This document shows positions 10,063 to 19,343 of a stretch of 64,000 nt of DNA, in pieces (position 1 is the first letter of the stretch; each line of letters starts with the position of its first letter). Under the pieces are notes generated by a model. That model saw only the letters and a program-made list of their open reading frames with translations. It did no database searches and was not told the DNA's origin. The stretch lies in the IMG/VR virus record IMGVR_UViG_3300025674_000026. The stretch is one strand, 5' to 3'. The translations under genes were made by a program, and so were the position numbers. The DNA is from an uncultured virus (IMG/VR IMGVR_UViG_3300025674_000026) (lineage: Duplodnaviria; Heunggongvirae; Uroviricota; Caudoviricetes).

Positions 10063-10860
10063 ATGGCAAATTACTCATCGTACAAAAAAGTTGCTGGAGA
10101 CCAGATTGCAGATGGTGCTCTAACTGCAGATAAGTTCTCACAGTCTCCCACTGGAACTTTTGGAGTAAAGTGGATTTATGGTCAAACTACTAGATGTTCT
10201 CCTGGATGCTGCTGTCTCTGGACTGTTCCTACTGGAGTAAATAAACTCTGGATTCAAGCTTGGGGTGCAGGTGGAAATGGTCATGGTGCCTGTTCTTGTA
10301 ACAGATGTCAACACTATATGGGTGCCGCAGGTGGTGCATATAACAGTACTGTCGTAGATACTGTTGCAGGTTGTCAGTATACTATTTGTGCTGCTGGAGT
10401 TTACCGTTGTTTCTCTAGAGAATGTTGTGGTTGTATTGGATGTTCTTCATATGTAAATGGTCAAGGACTTTCAAACTTCTGTGCAATCGGTGGTTGCAGA
10501 GGAATGGCAAACGATAGCTGGACTACTGCTTGTAATGGCATTAACCACTGCTGCCGTGGTCCTGGAGATAATGGTGGTCAGTTTGGATTCACTTCCATGG
10601 GTGCTCACTGGTCTAACATGAGACACGATACCTACAGAGGTTGGTGTCACTGTTATCCTCAGGGTACTCACTCACAAAGTGCTCCTCTAATTGGAACCAC
10701 TGTTGGGTATTCCATTAGAGAATGTTGGATTCGTTGTGGATGTTGGGATGTACCTTATGGTCATGGTGGTCAGGGCGCAATGACTACGTACTGTGGTAAT
10801 GGTCACTGTGGTCAAGGCGGCACTGGTGGCGGCGGACTAGTCAAAATTACATACTTCTAA
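10063..10860 (+). CDS. Cys/Gly-rich protein, paralogue 2
   Basis: 265 aa with 26 Cys; collinear with paralogues 1 and 3; WTVPTGVNKLWIQAWGAGG motif. Confidence 0.75.
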   Translation: MANYSSYKKVAGDQIADGALTADKFSQSPTGTFGVKWIYGQTTRCSPGCCCLWTVPTGVNKLWIQAWGAGGNGHGACSCNRCQHYMGAAGGAYNSTVVDTVAGCQYTICAAGVYRCFSRECCGCIGCSSYVNGQGLSNFCAIGGCRGMANDSWTTACNGINHCCRGPGDNGGQFGFTSMGAHWSNMRHDTYRGWCHCYPQGTHSQSAPLIGTTVGYSIRECWIRCGCWDVPYGHGGQGAMTTYCGNGHCGQGGTGGGGLVKITYF

Positions 10861-10875
10861 GGAGCACAAAGGAAA

Positions 10876-11667
10876 ATGGCAAATTACTCATCATATAAAC
10901 AGATCAGTAATGAACAGATCGTGGATGGAACAGTTGGTAATGCTCAGTTAGCTCAAGGTGCTTTCTCCAACTATTGCGTGAAGTGGGTATATGGATCCCC
11001 TGGAGCACTAACTTCGGGTTGTTGCTGCCTTTGGACTGTTCCTTCAGGAGTAAGTAGAGTTACTTTCGAACTCTGGGGTGCAGGTGGAAATGGTCATGGT
11101 TCCTGCAACTGTAACAGATGTTATGGTTGGCACGGTGCCGGCGGTGGTTTCTATAATACTAAAACCATTTCTACAGTTGCTGGTTGTCAGTATACTATTT
11201 GTGCTGGTGGTGTTTATCGTTGTTGTTCTAGAGAATGTACAGGATGCGAAGGATGTTCTTCTTACGTCAACGGATATAACCTTTCCAACTTCTGTGCCAT
11301 TGGCGGTGCAAGAGGTTGTGCGGTTAACGACTGGAGTAGAGGTTGTACTTCCACGTTTGAAAGATGCTGCGTTCAACCAGGTGCATGGGGTGGAGACTTT
11401 GCAATGGGTAACCACGTCGATCACAAACCAAAACTTGATGGTTTCGATTGTCACTGTTACTACAACCAAAGTATTCCAACTGGTGCTCCTTTCATTGGAA
11501 CCTTGGGAGTTACATCCACTCTCAGAGAGTGTTCTGTCCGTTGCGGTTGCTGGGCAGTTCCTTATGGACACGGTGGTCAAGGTGGTGTCAATACTTGTTG
11601 CGGTAGTGGAGTCTGCGGTCAGGGTGGTACTGGTGGATCTGGTCTCGTTAAGATCACTTTCGTCTGA
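10876..11667 (+). CDS. Cys/Gly-rich protein, paralogue 3
   Basis: 263 aa with 27 Cys; WTVPSGVSRVTFELWGAGG motif; GGAG RBS. Confidence 0.75.
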   Translation: MANYSSYKQISNEQIVDGTVGNAQLAQGAFSNYCVKWVYGSPGALTSGCCCLWTVPSGVSRVTFELWGAGGNGHGSCNCNRCYGWHGAGGGFYNTKTISTVAGCQYTICAGGVYRCCSRECTGCEGCSSYVNGYNLSNFCAIGGARGCAVNDWSRGCTSTFERCCVQPGAWGGDFAMGNHVDHKPKLDGFDCHCYYNQSIPTGAPFIGTLGVTSTLRECSVRCGCWAVPYGHGGQGGVNTCCGSGVCGQGGTGGSGLVKITFV

Positions 11668-11689
11668 TACGGAAAACAATAATTTGATC

Positions 11690-11715
11690 AAAGAGGGTTT
11701 TTACCCTCTTTTTTT
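11690..11715 (+). terminator. Rho-independent terminator after the Cys-rich trio
   Basis: AAAGAGGGT-tttt-ACCCTCTTT plus a T run. Confidence 0.8.
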
Positions 11716-11722
11716 ATAAATA
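11715..11722 (+). promoter_or_regulatory. Late promoter TATAAATA
   Basis: Exact consensus upstream of 11751. Confidence 0.8.
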
Positions 11723-11750
11723 TAAAACGAAGGAGTTAACCTGAACAAAC

Positions 11751-12500
11751 ATGGCAATTATTTCTCACCAGTGGGAACTACCACTACCCAACGAATTTCT
11801 AGCTGACCATTCTTTCAGCAATGGTAATTCAAGAACTACTACTTATGATGGACCAGACAGAATCTGGCTTCAAATTGACGCTAACGGATATGAAGCATAC
11901 GGCCCACTAACAGCAGAGGATATTGCAGACGGCCGTCCTCAACCTCTTGATGTTGAGGAGTGGTTTGAAGTTGACTGCACAGTATATCCTTTAATTTGTC
12001 AACTAAGAGGCCCAGTTATTGACGAGAGGGAAGAAGAGAGAGGAACATCTGAAGCTGCTGTTCCTGGATCTCCAGAAATGGAAGGATTCCCACAGATGAC
12101 ATATTCTCTGCCTCTTATGCCCGATGACATTTATGATGGTGGAACTGTAAGAGTTGTTGATGGTGTACCGACCGTTAAAGCTTTTACTGTAAGAGAAAAG
12201 ATTAATGGTGTTGATAAAGATAAGACTTGGGATGATGTCAGAACTCACAGAAACAAAGAACTTGAGAGAAGTGACAGCGCTATCGCAGAAGACATGCCTG
12301 AGGCTATGAAGAATGAGTGGAAGGCATATCGTCAAACACTAAGAGATTATCCTGCAACTATGGAAGCTGCTGGAGTTCACCCCAATGTCGCAGACATGAT
12401 GTTCCCACAAAAACCATTCCATGTTGATCCTCCTGCTGATCCACAACCACCCGCAGACGCAACTGAGGCATGGGAACCCCCAACTTCGTTCAATTATTGA
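11751..12500 (+). CDS. Tail fibre assembly chaperone-like protein
   Basis: C-terminal WDDVRTHRNKELERSD...DMP...WKAYRQTLRDYP is the phage tail assembly chaperone signature; it lies directly after the fibre/adhesin genes. Confidence 0.75.
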   Translation: MAIISHQWELPLPNEFLADHSFSNGNSRTTTYDGPDRIWLQIDANGYEAYGPLTAEDIADGRPQPLDVEEWFEVDCTVYPLICQLRGPVIDEREEERGTSEAAVPGSPEMEGFPQMTYSLPLMPDDIYDGGTVRVVDGVPTVKAFTVREKINGVDKDKTWDDVRTHRNKELERSDSAIAEDMPEAMKNEWKAYRQTLRDYPATMEAAGVHPNVADMMFPQKPFHVDPPADPQPPADATEAWEPPTSFNY

Positions 12501-12520
12501 TTTTATTCGAATATATACTT

Positions 12521-12545
12521 GGAGGGGGATACCCCTCCTTTTTTT
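12521..12545 (+). terminator. Rho-independent terminator
   Basis: GGAGGGG-gata-CCCCTCC-TTTTTTT. Confidence 0.8.
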
Positions 12546-12557
12546 ATGGGAGATATT

Positions 12558-13196
12558 ATGTTTGAGATAAATCCAAATTACGAATTAACCGTTAAAAAAT
12601 CTTGGGATAGATCAAAAGGCACTGATAAAGGATATGTCTGGAGAAAGATTTTTATCATTGATAATTTCTACGAAAATCCCGATGCAGTTAGAGCGACTGC
12701 TAGATCATACGAACCAAAGTATGAAAAAGAATACTGTGGTAATTTGATTGGAGGTAGAGTCGTTGAAGATATTCCTATGAATCTCAAAGAGACTTTTGAG
12801 GCTCTATGTAAAAGTAATGAATGGACCAACTTTGAGTTTGACCAAAAGGAATTCGATGATAGATGGTCGAAAATGAAATTCATGGTCAACGTGACTAAAG
12901 GAGAAGATATCAATAAAAGGTTTGATGAAAAAGGACATGCATATACTTTTCACAAGGATGGGATAAACTCCAAATGGGCTGCTTTGGTATACTTGAATAA
13001 ACCAGAACAATGCTCTGGTGGTACTAAGTTTTATTCTTGGGAAGATCATCCACATTCCACACCCAGAGAAGAAGTTCATGTAGATATGGTTTATAATAGA
13101 ATGGTGTTATATGAAGCAAACTGTATGCACGGAGCAGTTCTAGAAAGAGATACTTTTATTGAACATCCCCGTCTAGCACAGGTATTTTTCATGTAA
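12558..13196 (+). CDS. 2OG-Fe(II) oxygenase, DUF6445-like
   Basis: IIDNFYENPDAVR, HKD (HxD), AALVYLN...GGTKFY, YNRMVLY...HGA, RLAQVFF. Start moved to the ATG at 12558, which follows a GGAGA RBS. Confidence 0.75.
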   Translation: MFEINPNYELTVKKSWDRSKGTDKGYVWRKIFIIDNFYENPDAVRATARSYEPKYEKEYCGNLIGGRVVEDIPMNLKETFEALCKSNEWTNFEFDQKEFDDRWSKMKFMVNVTKGEDINKRFDEKGHAYTFHKDGINSKWAALVYLNKPEQCSGGTKFYSWEDHPHSTPREEVHVDMVYNRMVLYEANCMHGAVLERDTFIEHPRLAQVFFM

Positions 13197-13202
13197 TAAA
13201 TA
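13195..13202 (+). promoter_or_regulatory. Probable late promoter (AATAAATA) heading the modification operon
   Basis: ATAAATA core in the short gap before the GT9-like gene. Confidence 0.55.
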
Positions 13203-13246
13203 ATGACAGATACGGCATTTTGCTTAATTACTTCTTGAGGTTGAAA

Positions 13247-14368
13247 ATGAGATCTAAGGCATTCTTCATCAATGGTGGAGCTGGTAGAGTTATTTGTTCC
13301 ATCCCTGCATTTGAAAAATACGCAGAAACTCACGACGATTTTATTATCGTTGCTGAGGGAGGTACAGATTTTTTCAAGGGTCATCCTATCCTAGATGGGA
13401 AGGTTTATGATGCTTGGCACAAAAATTTATTTGAGGAACATATTAAACATCGAGATTGTGTTACTCCAGAACCGTATAGGATGTGGCACTATTACAATCA
13501 AAAGTGCAGTCTAACCCAGGCATTTGACATGGAAATCAATGGTTTGGATGAACCAAGAGAATTACCCAAACCAACTCTCAACCTATCTAAGATGGAGGTT
13601 ATTCAAGGATACAACCTAGTACAAGAAGTAAAAGCAGTAACTGGTAAAGATAAGGTAGTAGTTATTCAACCTTTTGGTCGCGGTGTAACTCAAATGGGAG
13701 ATTTCATTGCAGATCCAAGTTCCAGAAGTTTGTCCTTGGTAAACGCTGTTGATATCATCAATGATCTCAAAAAAGATTATGGTGTCATTATCATGAGTGA
13801 GATTCATTTCCCACTCGAAGAGAATGAAGAGAAGTCTAAGTATAAAGTAGGAAGACCCCAAATTGAAGAGATTCGTATTTGGGCATCTGTAATTGATGTT
13901 GCAGATCATTTCTTGGGAGTCGATAGTATTGGTCAACATATTTGTAAGGCTTTAGATAAGAAAGCAACTGTTGTTATTGGATCTACGTATCCAGTAAACA
14001 TTAGTTACCCCGAAGATCCTAATTTTGATATTATTGATGTTGGTGTAGACAAGAGAGTTTACTCCCCTATCCGAATTTCTATGGATGAAATGCGTGATAG
14101 ATATAATGATCAAGCGATGGAAATGTCCAAGGATCAGGTCAAAGAAGTTATTGACAGCGTAAGAAAGAATCTAGGAAAACCAAAGGCATTTACAGGAACA
14201 TTCGTTCCAGTACAACAAGATAACTCCTGTTGTCCTCCAACTGGACAGTCTCAACCAGCGCAACCAATGATTGCTGATGGTTCTGCACCGTTTTTAACTG
14301 AAAAACCAAAGAAACCTAAGGTTGGTTTCAAACAAGAAGTAAAAAATCTATTGAAAGAGGCTAAGTAA
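13247..14368 (+). CDS. GT9-like (GT-B) glycosyltransferase, putative heptosyltransferase
   Basis: N-terminal GGAGRVICSIP, central VVIQPFG...RSL, and C-terminal ADHFLGVDSIGQHICKALDKKATVVIGSTYP, which matches the GT9 F-x-G-x-D-S-x3-H-x3-A-L...G-x-T-x-P motif. ATG at 13247 follows GAGG. Confidence 0.7.
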   Translation: MRSKAFFINGGAGRVICSIPAFEKYAETHDDFIIVAEGGTDFFKGHPILDGKVYDAWHKNLFEEHIKHRDCVTPEPYRMWHYYNQKCSLTQAFDMEINGLDEPRELPKPTLNLSKMEVIQGYNLVQEVKAVTGKDKVVVIQPFGRGVTQMGDFIADPSSRSLSLVNAVDIINDLKKDYGVIIMSEIHFPLEENEEKSKYKVGRPQIEEIRIWASVIDVADHFLGVDSIGQHICKALDKKATVVIGSTYPVNISYPEDPNFDIIDVGVDKRVYSPIRISMDEMRDRYNDQAMEMSKDQVKEVIDSVRKNLGKPKAFTGTFVPVQQDNSCCPPTGQSQPAQPMIADGSAPFLTEKPKKPKVGFKQEVKNLLKEAK

Positions 14369-16164
14369 TGACACAGTGGATTGCAGCTATTGCCAGAGGG
14401 CATAATGCAGGTGTTTGCCTGTTAAAAGATGGTGAACTAGTATTCGCTTTAGAAGAAGAAAGGATTTCTAGAAATAAGTATGATGGTGGTCCATATGCCA
14501 CCATGATGAAAATTTTGGATTATACCGATAGACTTGATTATCTTGTCATCGCACATACTCAACCATTAAGAGAAGCGGGACATTGTGACTTTACTGGTGA
14601 TCCAATCTATACCGCATTAGCAAGAAAACTGGGACTGATTGACAGGAAAGCAAATCCCCATGATCACCCACAAGTTATTGATTTGAGTTCAACACACCAC
14701 AAGTTACATGCTTCTTGTGCGTTCTACAGATCTGGATTTGAAGAAGCTGTAGCGGTCATTGTTGATGGTGCAGGAACATTTATTCCTATGTCCATTAATG
14801 GTGAAAATGAGATGTGTTGGGAACTTGAAACTATCTTCAACTGTCAGTACCCAGCAAATATCAAAACCCTATACAAACACCAAGGTGGAAGAGGACCATG
14901 GCAATCCACAAGGATTCCCGAGTTTTCCAGTGAAAGAGAGGGGGAAGAAGGTACGCATGAACTTGTACTAGATGATAGTGCTGGAATTACTAAAGCATAT
15001 GAAGCGGTAACTCAATATTGTGGTTGGGCTCCTATCGAAGCTGGTAAAACTATGGGTCTATTCCCATATGGAAAACCTAATGACAAAATTCCCAAAATCT
15101 ACTCTGATTACGATGGAATGTCAGAGTGGAAAACTTCAAATAGGGATGTCATTATTCCAACGTATCCTAACGGTGCCCTGGTCAACCAGAACAGGTTCAA
15201 AGAGTTACAAACACCAGAAGGGTACGATGGTGACTTAACCACCTTAGAGAACCGTAGAGACATGGCATACGCCATCCAAACAGAGTCTCAACAAATGGTT
15301 CTGGATTTAATCCGTAAAGCCGTTGAGATGAGTGGACAGAAGAACGTTGTTCTCTCTGGTGGATACGCTTTGAATTGTGTTGCTAACTATTGGTATCTTG
15401 AACAACTTAAGGATGAGGGCATTAACCTATTTGTAGAACCTGTTAGTAATGATGCGGGAACTGCAATTGGTGCGGCTCTTCTTCAATATCATAGAGTAAC
15501 TGAAGATACCAAAGTAAAGCCAGCACTCGAAAATCTTTATACTGGACCTACACATATGTACACTGTTGATCAAATTATAGATATTGCCGACAAGTATGGC
15601 GCTGATAGAGTCTTTGAGGCAACCGATGATGATGTAGTTGAGTTGATTACCAACAAAAACATTGTTGCAATGTTCCAAGGCAGATCTGAGGCTGGTCCTC
15701 GTGCATTGGGTAATCGTTCAATCCTGTATGATCCCCGCGATCCAGACGGAAAAGATCATGTAAATACGATTAAGAGACGTGAATACTTCAGACCTTTCGC
15801 TGGTTCTATCCTAAAAGAACATGTACACGAATGGTTTGATCTCCGTGGTATGGATGAAACTCCATTCATGATGTATGCAGTAAGATGTCAGGAAGGTATT
15901 GAAGAAAAGATTCCAGCAATCATTCACGTTGATGGAACTTGTAGGATTCAAACAGTTACAGAGGAACAGAACAAGTATTATCACAGACTGATCAGTAACT
16001 TCCATGAGAAGACTGGTTGTCCAATCATCTTCAATACTTCCTTCAATTTAGGTGGAGAACCTCTGGTAGAAGATCTTGATGATGCTTGCAGAACTCTTGC
16101 GAACAGTCTAATTGAGTATGTGTATCTACCTGAATATGGATTGATGATCGAAATCAAGAATTGA
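14368..16164 (+). CDS. O-carbamoyltransferase, NodU/CmcH/TobZ family (full length)
   Basis: HNAGVCL, EEERISRNKY, HHKLHA, VDGAG, GKTMGL, LSGGYALNCVAN, DAGTAIGAA, EAGPRALGNRS, REYFRPFA, HVDGTCRIQTV, NTSFN. Confidence 0.93.
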   Translation: MTQWIAAIARGHNAGVCLLKDGELVFALEEERISRNKYDGGPYATMMKILDYTDRLDYLVIAHTQPLREAGHCDFTGDPIYTALARKLGLIDRKANPHDHPQVIDLSSTHHKLHASCAFYRSGFEEAVAVIVDGAGTFIPMSINGENEMCWELETIFNCQYPANIKTLYKHQGGRGPWQSTRIPEFSSEREGEEGTHELVLDDSAGITKAYEAVTQYCGWAPIEAGKTMGLFPYGKPNDKIPKIYSDYDGMSEWKTSNRDVIIPTYPNGALVNQNRFKELQTPEGYDGDLTTLENRRDMAYAIQTESQQMVLDLIRKAVEMSGQKNVVLSGGYALNCVANYWYLEQLKDEGINLFVEPVSNDAGTAIGAALLQYHRVTEDTKVKPALENLYTGPTHMYTVDQIIDIADKYGADRVFEATDDDVVELITNKNIVAMFQGRSEAGPRALGNRSILYDPRDPDGKDHVNTIKRREYFRPFAGSILKEHVHEWFDLRGMDETPFMMYAVRCQEGIEEKIPAIIHVDGTCRIQTVTEEQNKYYHRLISNFHEKTGCPIIFNTSFNLGGEPLVEDLDDACRTLANSLIEYVYLPEYGLMIEIKN

Positions 16165-16165
16165 C

Positions 16166-17647
16166 ATGTATGATGTAAAAAATATTACTGTCGTAGGTGG
16201 TGGCACAGCTGGGTGGCTTACTGCCACTTACTTTGCAAGAAGACTTCCTGGTGCTTTCAATGTAACTATCATTGACAAGAAAGAACCAGAACGAATTGGT
16301 GTTGGAGAAGCAACTCTATTATCTTTTCCAAATTATATGAGATCCATGGGATTTCAAGAACATGAATGGATGCATAGAGTAGATTCTACTTTGAAGGGCG
16401 GTATTCTTTTTCCTGGTTGGGGTAAAAAAGACAAGACTGTTTGGCATCCATTTGGATTTACCGATTTTGCTGGAGTTCCCCTCTATGATGTTTGGACCAA
16501 TCATCAAGAACATAGTATTTTAGAAATCCAAGCACTTTATAAAAGTGCCAGTCAAAATATGATTGAATTGGATTATATTCATGATACTTATGCAAATCAC
16601 ATTGATTGTGGATTATTGGTTAGATATCTTATGGAAGAGACCAAAGGTCAGTTGAATTATATTAAGGATAATATTGATCAGGTTATATGGGATGGTGAAA
16701 ATGTACATTCTATTATTACGGAAAATGGTAGCGTAGTTAACTCCGATCTGTTTATTGACTGTTCTGGATTCAATAGAGTCCTCGGTAAACATCACAAGAG
16801 AATCGATCTTGATGATCGATTATTTGTCAATACTGCTGTTGCAGGAAGAGTAGAGTACAAAGACAAAACCAAAGAGATGCTTCCATTCACTAAATGTGAA
16901 GCAGTGTCTGATGGGTGGATTTGGACAATCCCAACCAGATCCAGAATGGGAACTGGACTAGTATTCAATAGAAATATCACAGATCCAGAAGATGCAAAGA
17001 CCGCTTTCGTTGATTATTGGGATAACAGAATCAGTAGAGATGATCTAAAAGTAATTAACTGGGATCCATATCACAGTGAACAACATTGGGTTGGGAATGT
17101 AGTTTTCTGTGGATTGAGTGCTGGATTTATCGAACCTTTAGAAAGCACTGGCCTCGCATTAATGATTAGATGTGGTGAACACGTATTCACTGCAATATCT
17201 GGAGGTTATTATGCTGACCATGATAGAGATATGTTCAATGCTAATATGAGAGCATGTTTCGAGACTGCTGTTGATTATGTGAACATGCACTATTCATATT
17301 GTGAAAGAGAAGAACCTTTTTGGCAGTATGTCAGAGAAAAACATAAGAAGTCCGATATGCAAATTCGACAAGAAGAATTACTCACCAATCCACAAAAGTC
17401 AACTTCTAGATTGCAAAAATTGGGATTCTTTGGTGGAGATAATTGGGCTGCTTGGTTATCTCAAATTGTTCCCAATATCCCAGGAAAAACATATTATGAA
17501 CATATGAAAAATACTGTAGATGTAAGATTTAAATATTATATTGATAATCACATTAAATCTATGGTAGAATCGAGTTCACATGAAACGGTTCTCAAGCATA
17601 TTGACAGTATAGGACCAAGAAACGAAAATCAAAATAGATTACTATGA
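16166..17647 (+). CDS. Flavin-dependent (tryptophan-type) halogenase
   Basis: GGGTAGW, IGVGEAT, catalytic-Lys region STLKGGILFPGW, FIDCSGF, GWIWTIP (WxWxIP) and GFIEPLESTG. Confidence 0.9.
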   Translation: MYDVKNITVVGGGTAGWLTATYFARRLPGAFNVTIIDKKEPERIGVGEATLLSFPNYMRSMGFQEHEWMHRVDSTLKGGILFPGWGKKDKTVWHPFGFTDFAGVPLYDVWTNHQEHSILEIQALYKSASQNMIELDYIHDTYANHIDCGLLVRYLMEETKGQLNYIKDNIDQVIWDGENVHSIITENGSVVNSDLFIDCSGFNRVLGKHHKRIDLDDRLFVNTAVAGRVEYKDKTKEMLPFTKCEAVSDGWIWTIPTRSRMGTGLVFNRNITDPEDAKTAFVDYWDNRISRDDLKVINWDPYHSEQHWVGNVVFCGLSAGFIEPLESTGLALMIRCGEHVFTAISGGYYADHDRDMFNANMRACFETAVDYVNMHYSYCEREEPFWQYVREKHKKSDMQIRQEELLTNPQKSTSRLQKLGFFGGDNWAAWLSQIVPNIPGKTYYEHMKNTVDVRFKYYIDNHIKSMVESSSHETVLKHIDSIGPRNENQNRLL

Positions 17648-18042
17648 AGACTGTATTTGTTAATGGAACCTTTGATATTCTCCATCCAGGACATATCGAA
17701 CTATTCAAGGTAGCAAGATCTCTTGGGGATCGTGTCATTGTAGCAACAGACACCGATGAAAAGATTAGGGCGGATAAGGGAGACAATAAACCAGTAAATG
17801 ATCTATGCTATAGAGTTGCAATGTTAGAGGCAATAAAGTACATAGATACTGTGGTATATTTTTCATCTAAAGATCAACTGGCAAGTCTAATAAAGCTTTA
17901 TAGTCCAGATATCCTACTCTTGGGTGATGATTGGAAAGATGGACCTGTTATTGGATATGAACATGCCAAAGAAGTTAGGTTCTTACCTAGAGTCGGAGGA
18001 TATGCCAGTAGTAATGTTGTTGAAAAAATTAGAAATCAATGA
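17644..18042 (+). CDS. Heptose-1-phosphate nucleotidyltransferase-like (HldC / RfaE domain II)
   Basis: VFVNGTFDILHPGH (HxGH), KGDNKPVN...R, GDDW and C-terminal RVGGYASS; adjacent to an HldA-like kinase. Confidence 0.8.
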   Translation: MKTVFVNGTFDILHPGHIELFKVARSLGDRVIVATDTDEKIRADKGDNKPVNDLCYRVAMLEAIKYIDTVVYFSSKDQLASLIKLYSPDILLLGDDWKDGPVIGYEHAKEVRFLPRVGGYASSNVVEKIRNQ

Positions 18043-18806
18043 AACAGTTTTCGGTATTAGTCATTGGCGATTCCTGTGATGATGAATACATCTATGGTGA
18101 TTGCTCAAGATTGAATCCAGAAGGACCTATTCCAGTTCTTGATAGAACAGATGGTGAGGTAAAACCTGGTATGGCAGCAAATGTCAATGCTAATCTGAGA
18201 GCTTTTGGCATTAGAACGAATCTAATTACCCAAAAAGAAAAGATCATAAAAACCAGATTCATAGACAAGAAGAGTAACTATCAGTTACTGAGAGTTGATA
18301 CTACTCCAGAAGTTACTCCTCTTGCCGCACCACAGGTCAAGATGGCATTTATGCATGGATCTTATGATGCCATTGTAATCTCTGACTATGATAAAGGGTT
18401 TATAGATGATCAGAGACTCAGAGTTATTGCCGATAACTTCAATGGTCCTATTTTTGTGGATACCAAAAAACGAGTATTGTTCGATAAGAAAAACGTATTC
18501 TTCAAAATCAATGAGAAGGAGTACAATTTATTAGACAAGAGTAGTTTACCTAATGATGAAAATCTAATTGTTACTCTCGGATCTAAAGGTGTTAGATGGA
18601 GAGGCATTATTTTTCAACCAAAAGAAGTTAAAGTCTTTGATGTTTGTGGAGCAGGAGATACTTTTCTTGCAGCGTTAGTGTTCCATTACCTAATGACATT
18701 ACAAATGCAGGAGTCTATTGACTTTGCAAATAGAGCTGCTGCAATATCAGTTGAACACCCAGGAACATATCAACTTACATCAGAAGATCTACAGAGTTTG
18801 AAATGA
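18039..18806 (+). CDS. Heptose-7-phosphate kinase-like (HldA / RfaE domain I, PfkB family)
   Basis: VIGDSCDDEYIYGDCSRLNPEGPIPV, GMAANV, QLLRVD, ISDYDKG and DVCGAGDT parallel the HldE kinase motifs. Confidence 0.85.
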   Translation: MKQFSVLVIGDSCDDEYIYGDCSRLNPEGPIPVLDRTDGEVKPGMAANVNANLRAFGIRTNLITQKEKIIKTRFIDKKSNYQLLRVDTTPEVTPLAAPQVKMAFMHGSYDAIVISDYDKGFIDDQRLRVIADNFNGPIFVDTKKRVLFDKKNVFFKINEKEYNLLDKSSLPNDENLIVTLGSKGVRWRGIIFQPKEVKVFDVCGAGDTFLAALVFHYLMTLQMQESIDFANRAAAISVEHPGTYQLTSEDLQSLK

Positions 18807-19342
18807 AACAACCCCAAGTAATGTTTCCAATATTGTGCTTTATTGAGCCTATTGATTTGGAAAAAATTAATTTTAAGGAACCAGATCTAGAGTATGGAAG
18901 TTCTTTTTTAAGTAGAACTCCAACTACTTTGGGTAGGGATGAACTAACAGATGAGTCATATAATTATCTGTGCTCTGAGATTGAAAAATGTATTAGTCAG
19001 TTTAGTACTGATCCATTTTACATCAGTCAGGTTTGGAGAAATAAGTATAAGAAAACAGATTGGCAAGATCCACATATTCACTCTGGGACTTGTCAGTGGA
19101 GTTTTATAATCTACGATACCGTAAGTGAAGGTAGAACTGTTTTTATGCATCCTTCTCGTAAGGACATCATGAATCAGTGGGGAATATATTCCGATGTTCT
19201 ACCAATGGACTTTATTCCTAGAGTTCCATCAAAACATATTATTATATTTCCTTCCTGGGTAGAGCACTATGTTGTGGATGGCAATGAAGGTGTAACTATT
19301 TCTGGAAATATACACTTGCAAAGACTCCCAGAGGAACCTTGA
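18803..19342 (+). CDS. Putative 2OG-Fe(II) oxygenase (cyanophage type)
   Basis: W-x-N-x-Y, QDPHIH, SFIIY, IIFPSWVEHYV, TISGNI. Confidence 0.75.
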   Translation: MKQPQVMFPILCFIEPIDLEKINFKEPDLEYGSSFLSRTPTTLGRDELTDESYNYLCSEIEKCISQFSTDPFYISQVWRNKYKKTDWQDPHIHSGTCQWSFIIYDTVSEGRTVFMHPSRKDIMNQWGIYSDVLPMDFIPRVPSKHIIIFPSWVEHYVVDGNEGVTISGNIHLQRLPEEP

Positions 19343-19343
19343 C

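Noticed and set aside
9256..11667. Cys-rich genes as RiPP precursors or DGR targets
   Set aside because: At ~260 aa with a folded glycine-rich-domain pattern they are too long for typical precursors, and there is no leader peptidase, transporter or reverse transcriptase. The repeats do not show adenine-specific variation.
14368..16164. Carbamoyltransferase as a 5-hydroxymethylcytosine DNA-modifying enzyme
   Set aside because: Downgraded rather than excluded. No dCMP hydroxymethylase or methylase/TET pair is in the window, and the context is late structural and heptose genes.
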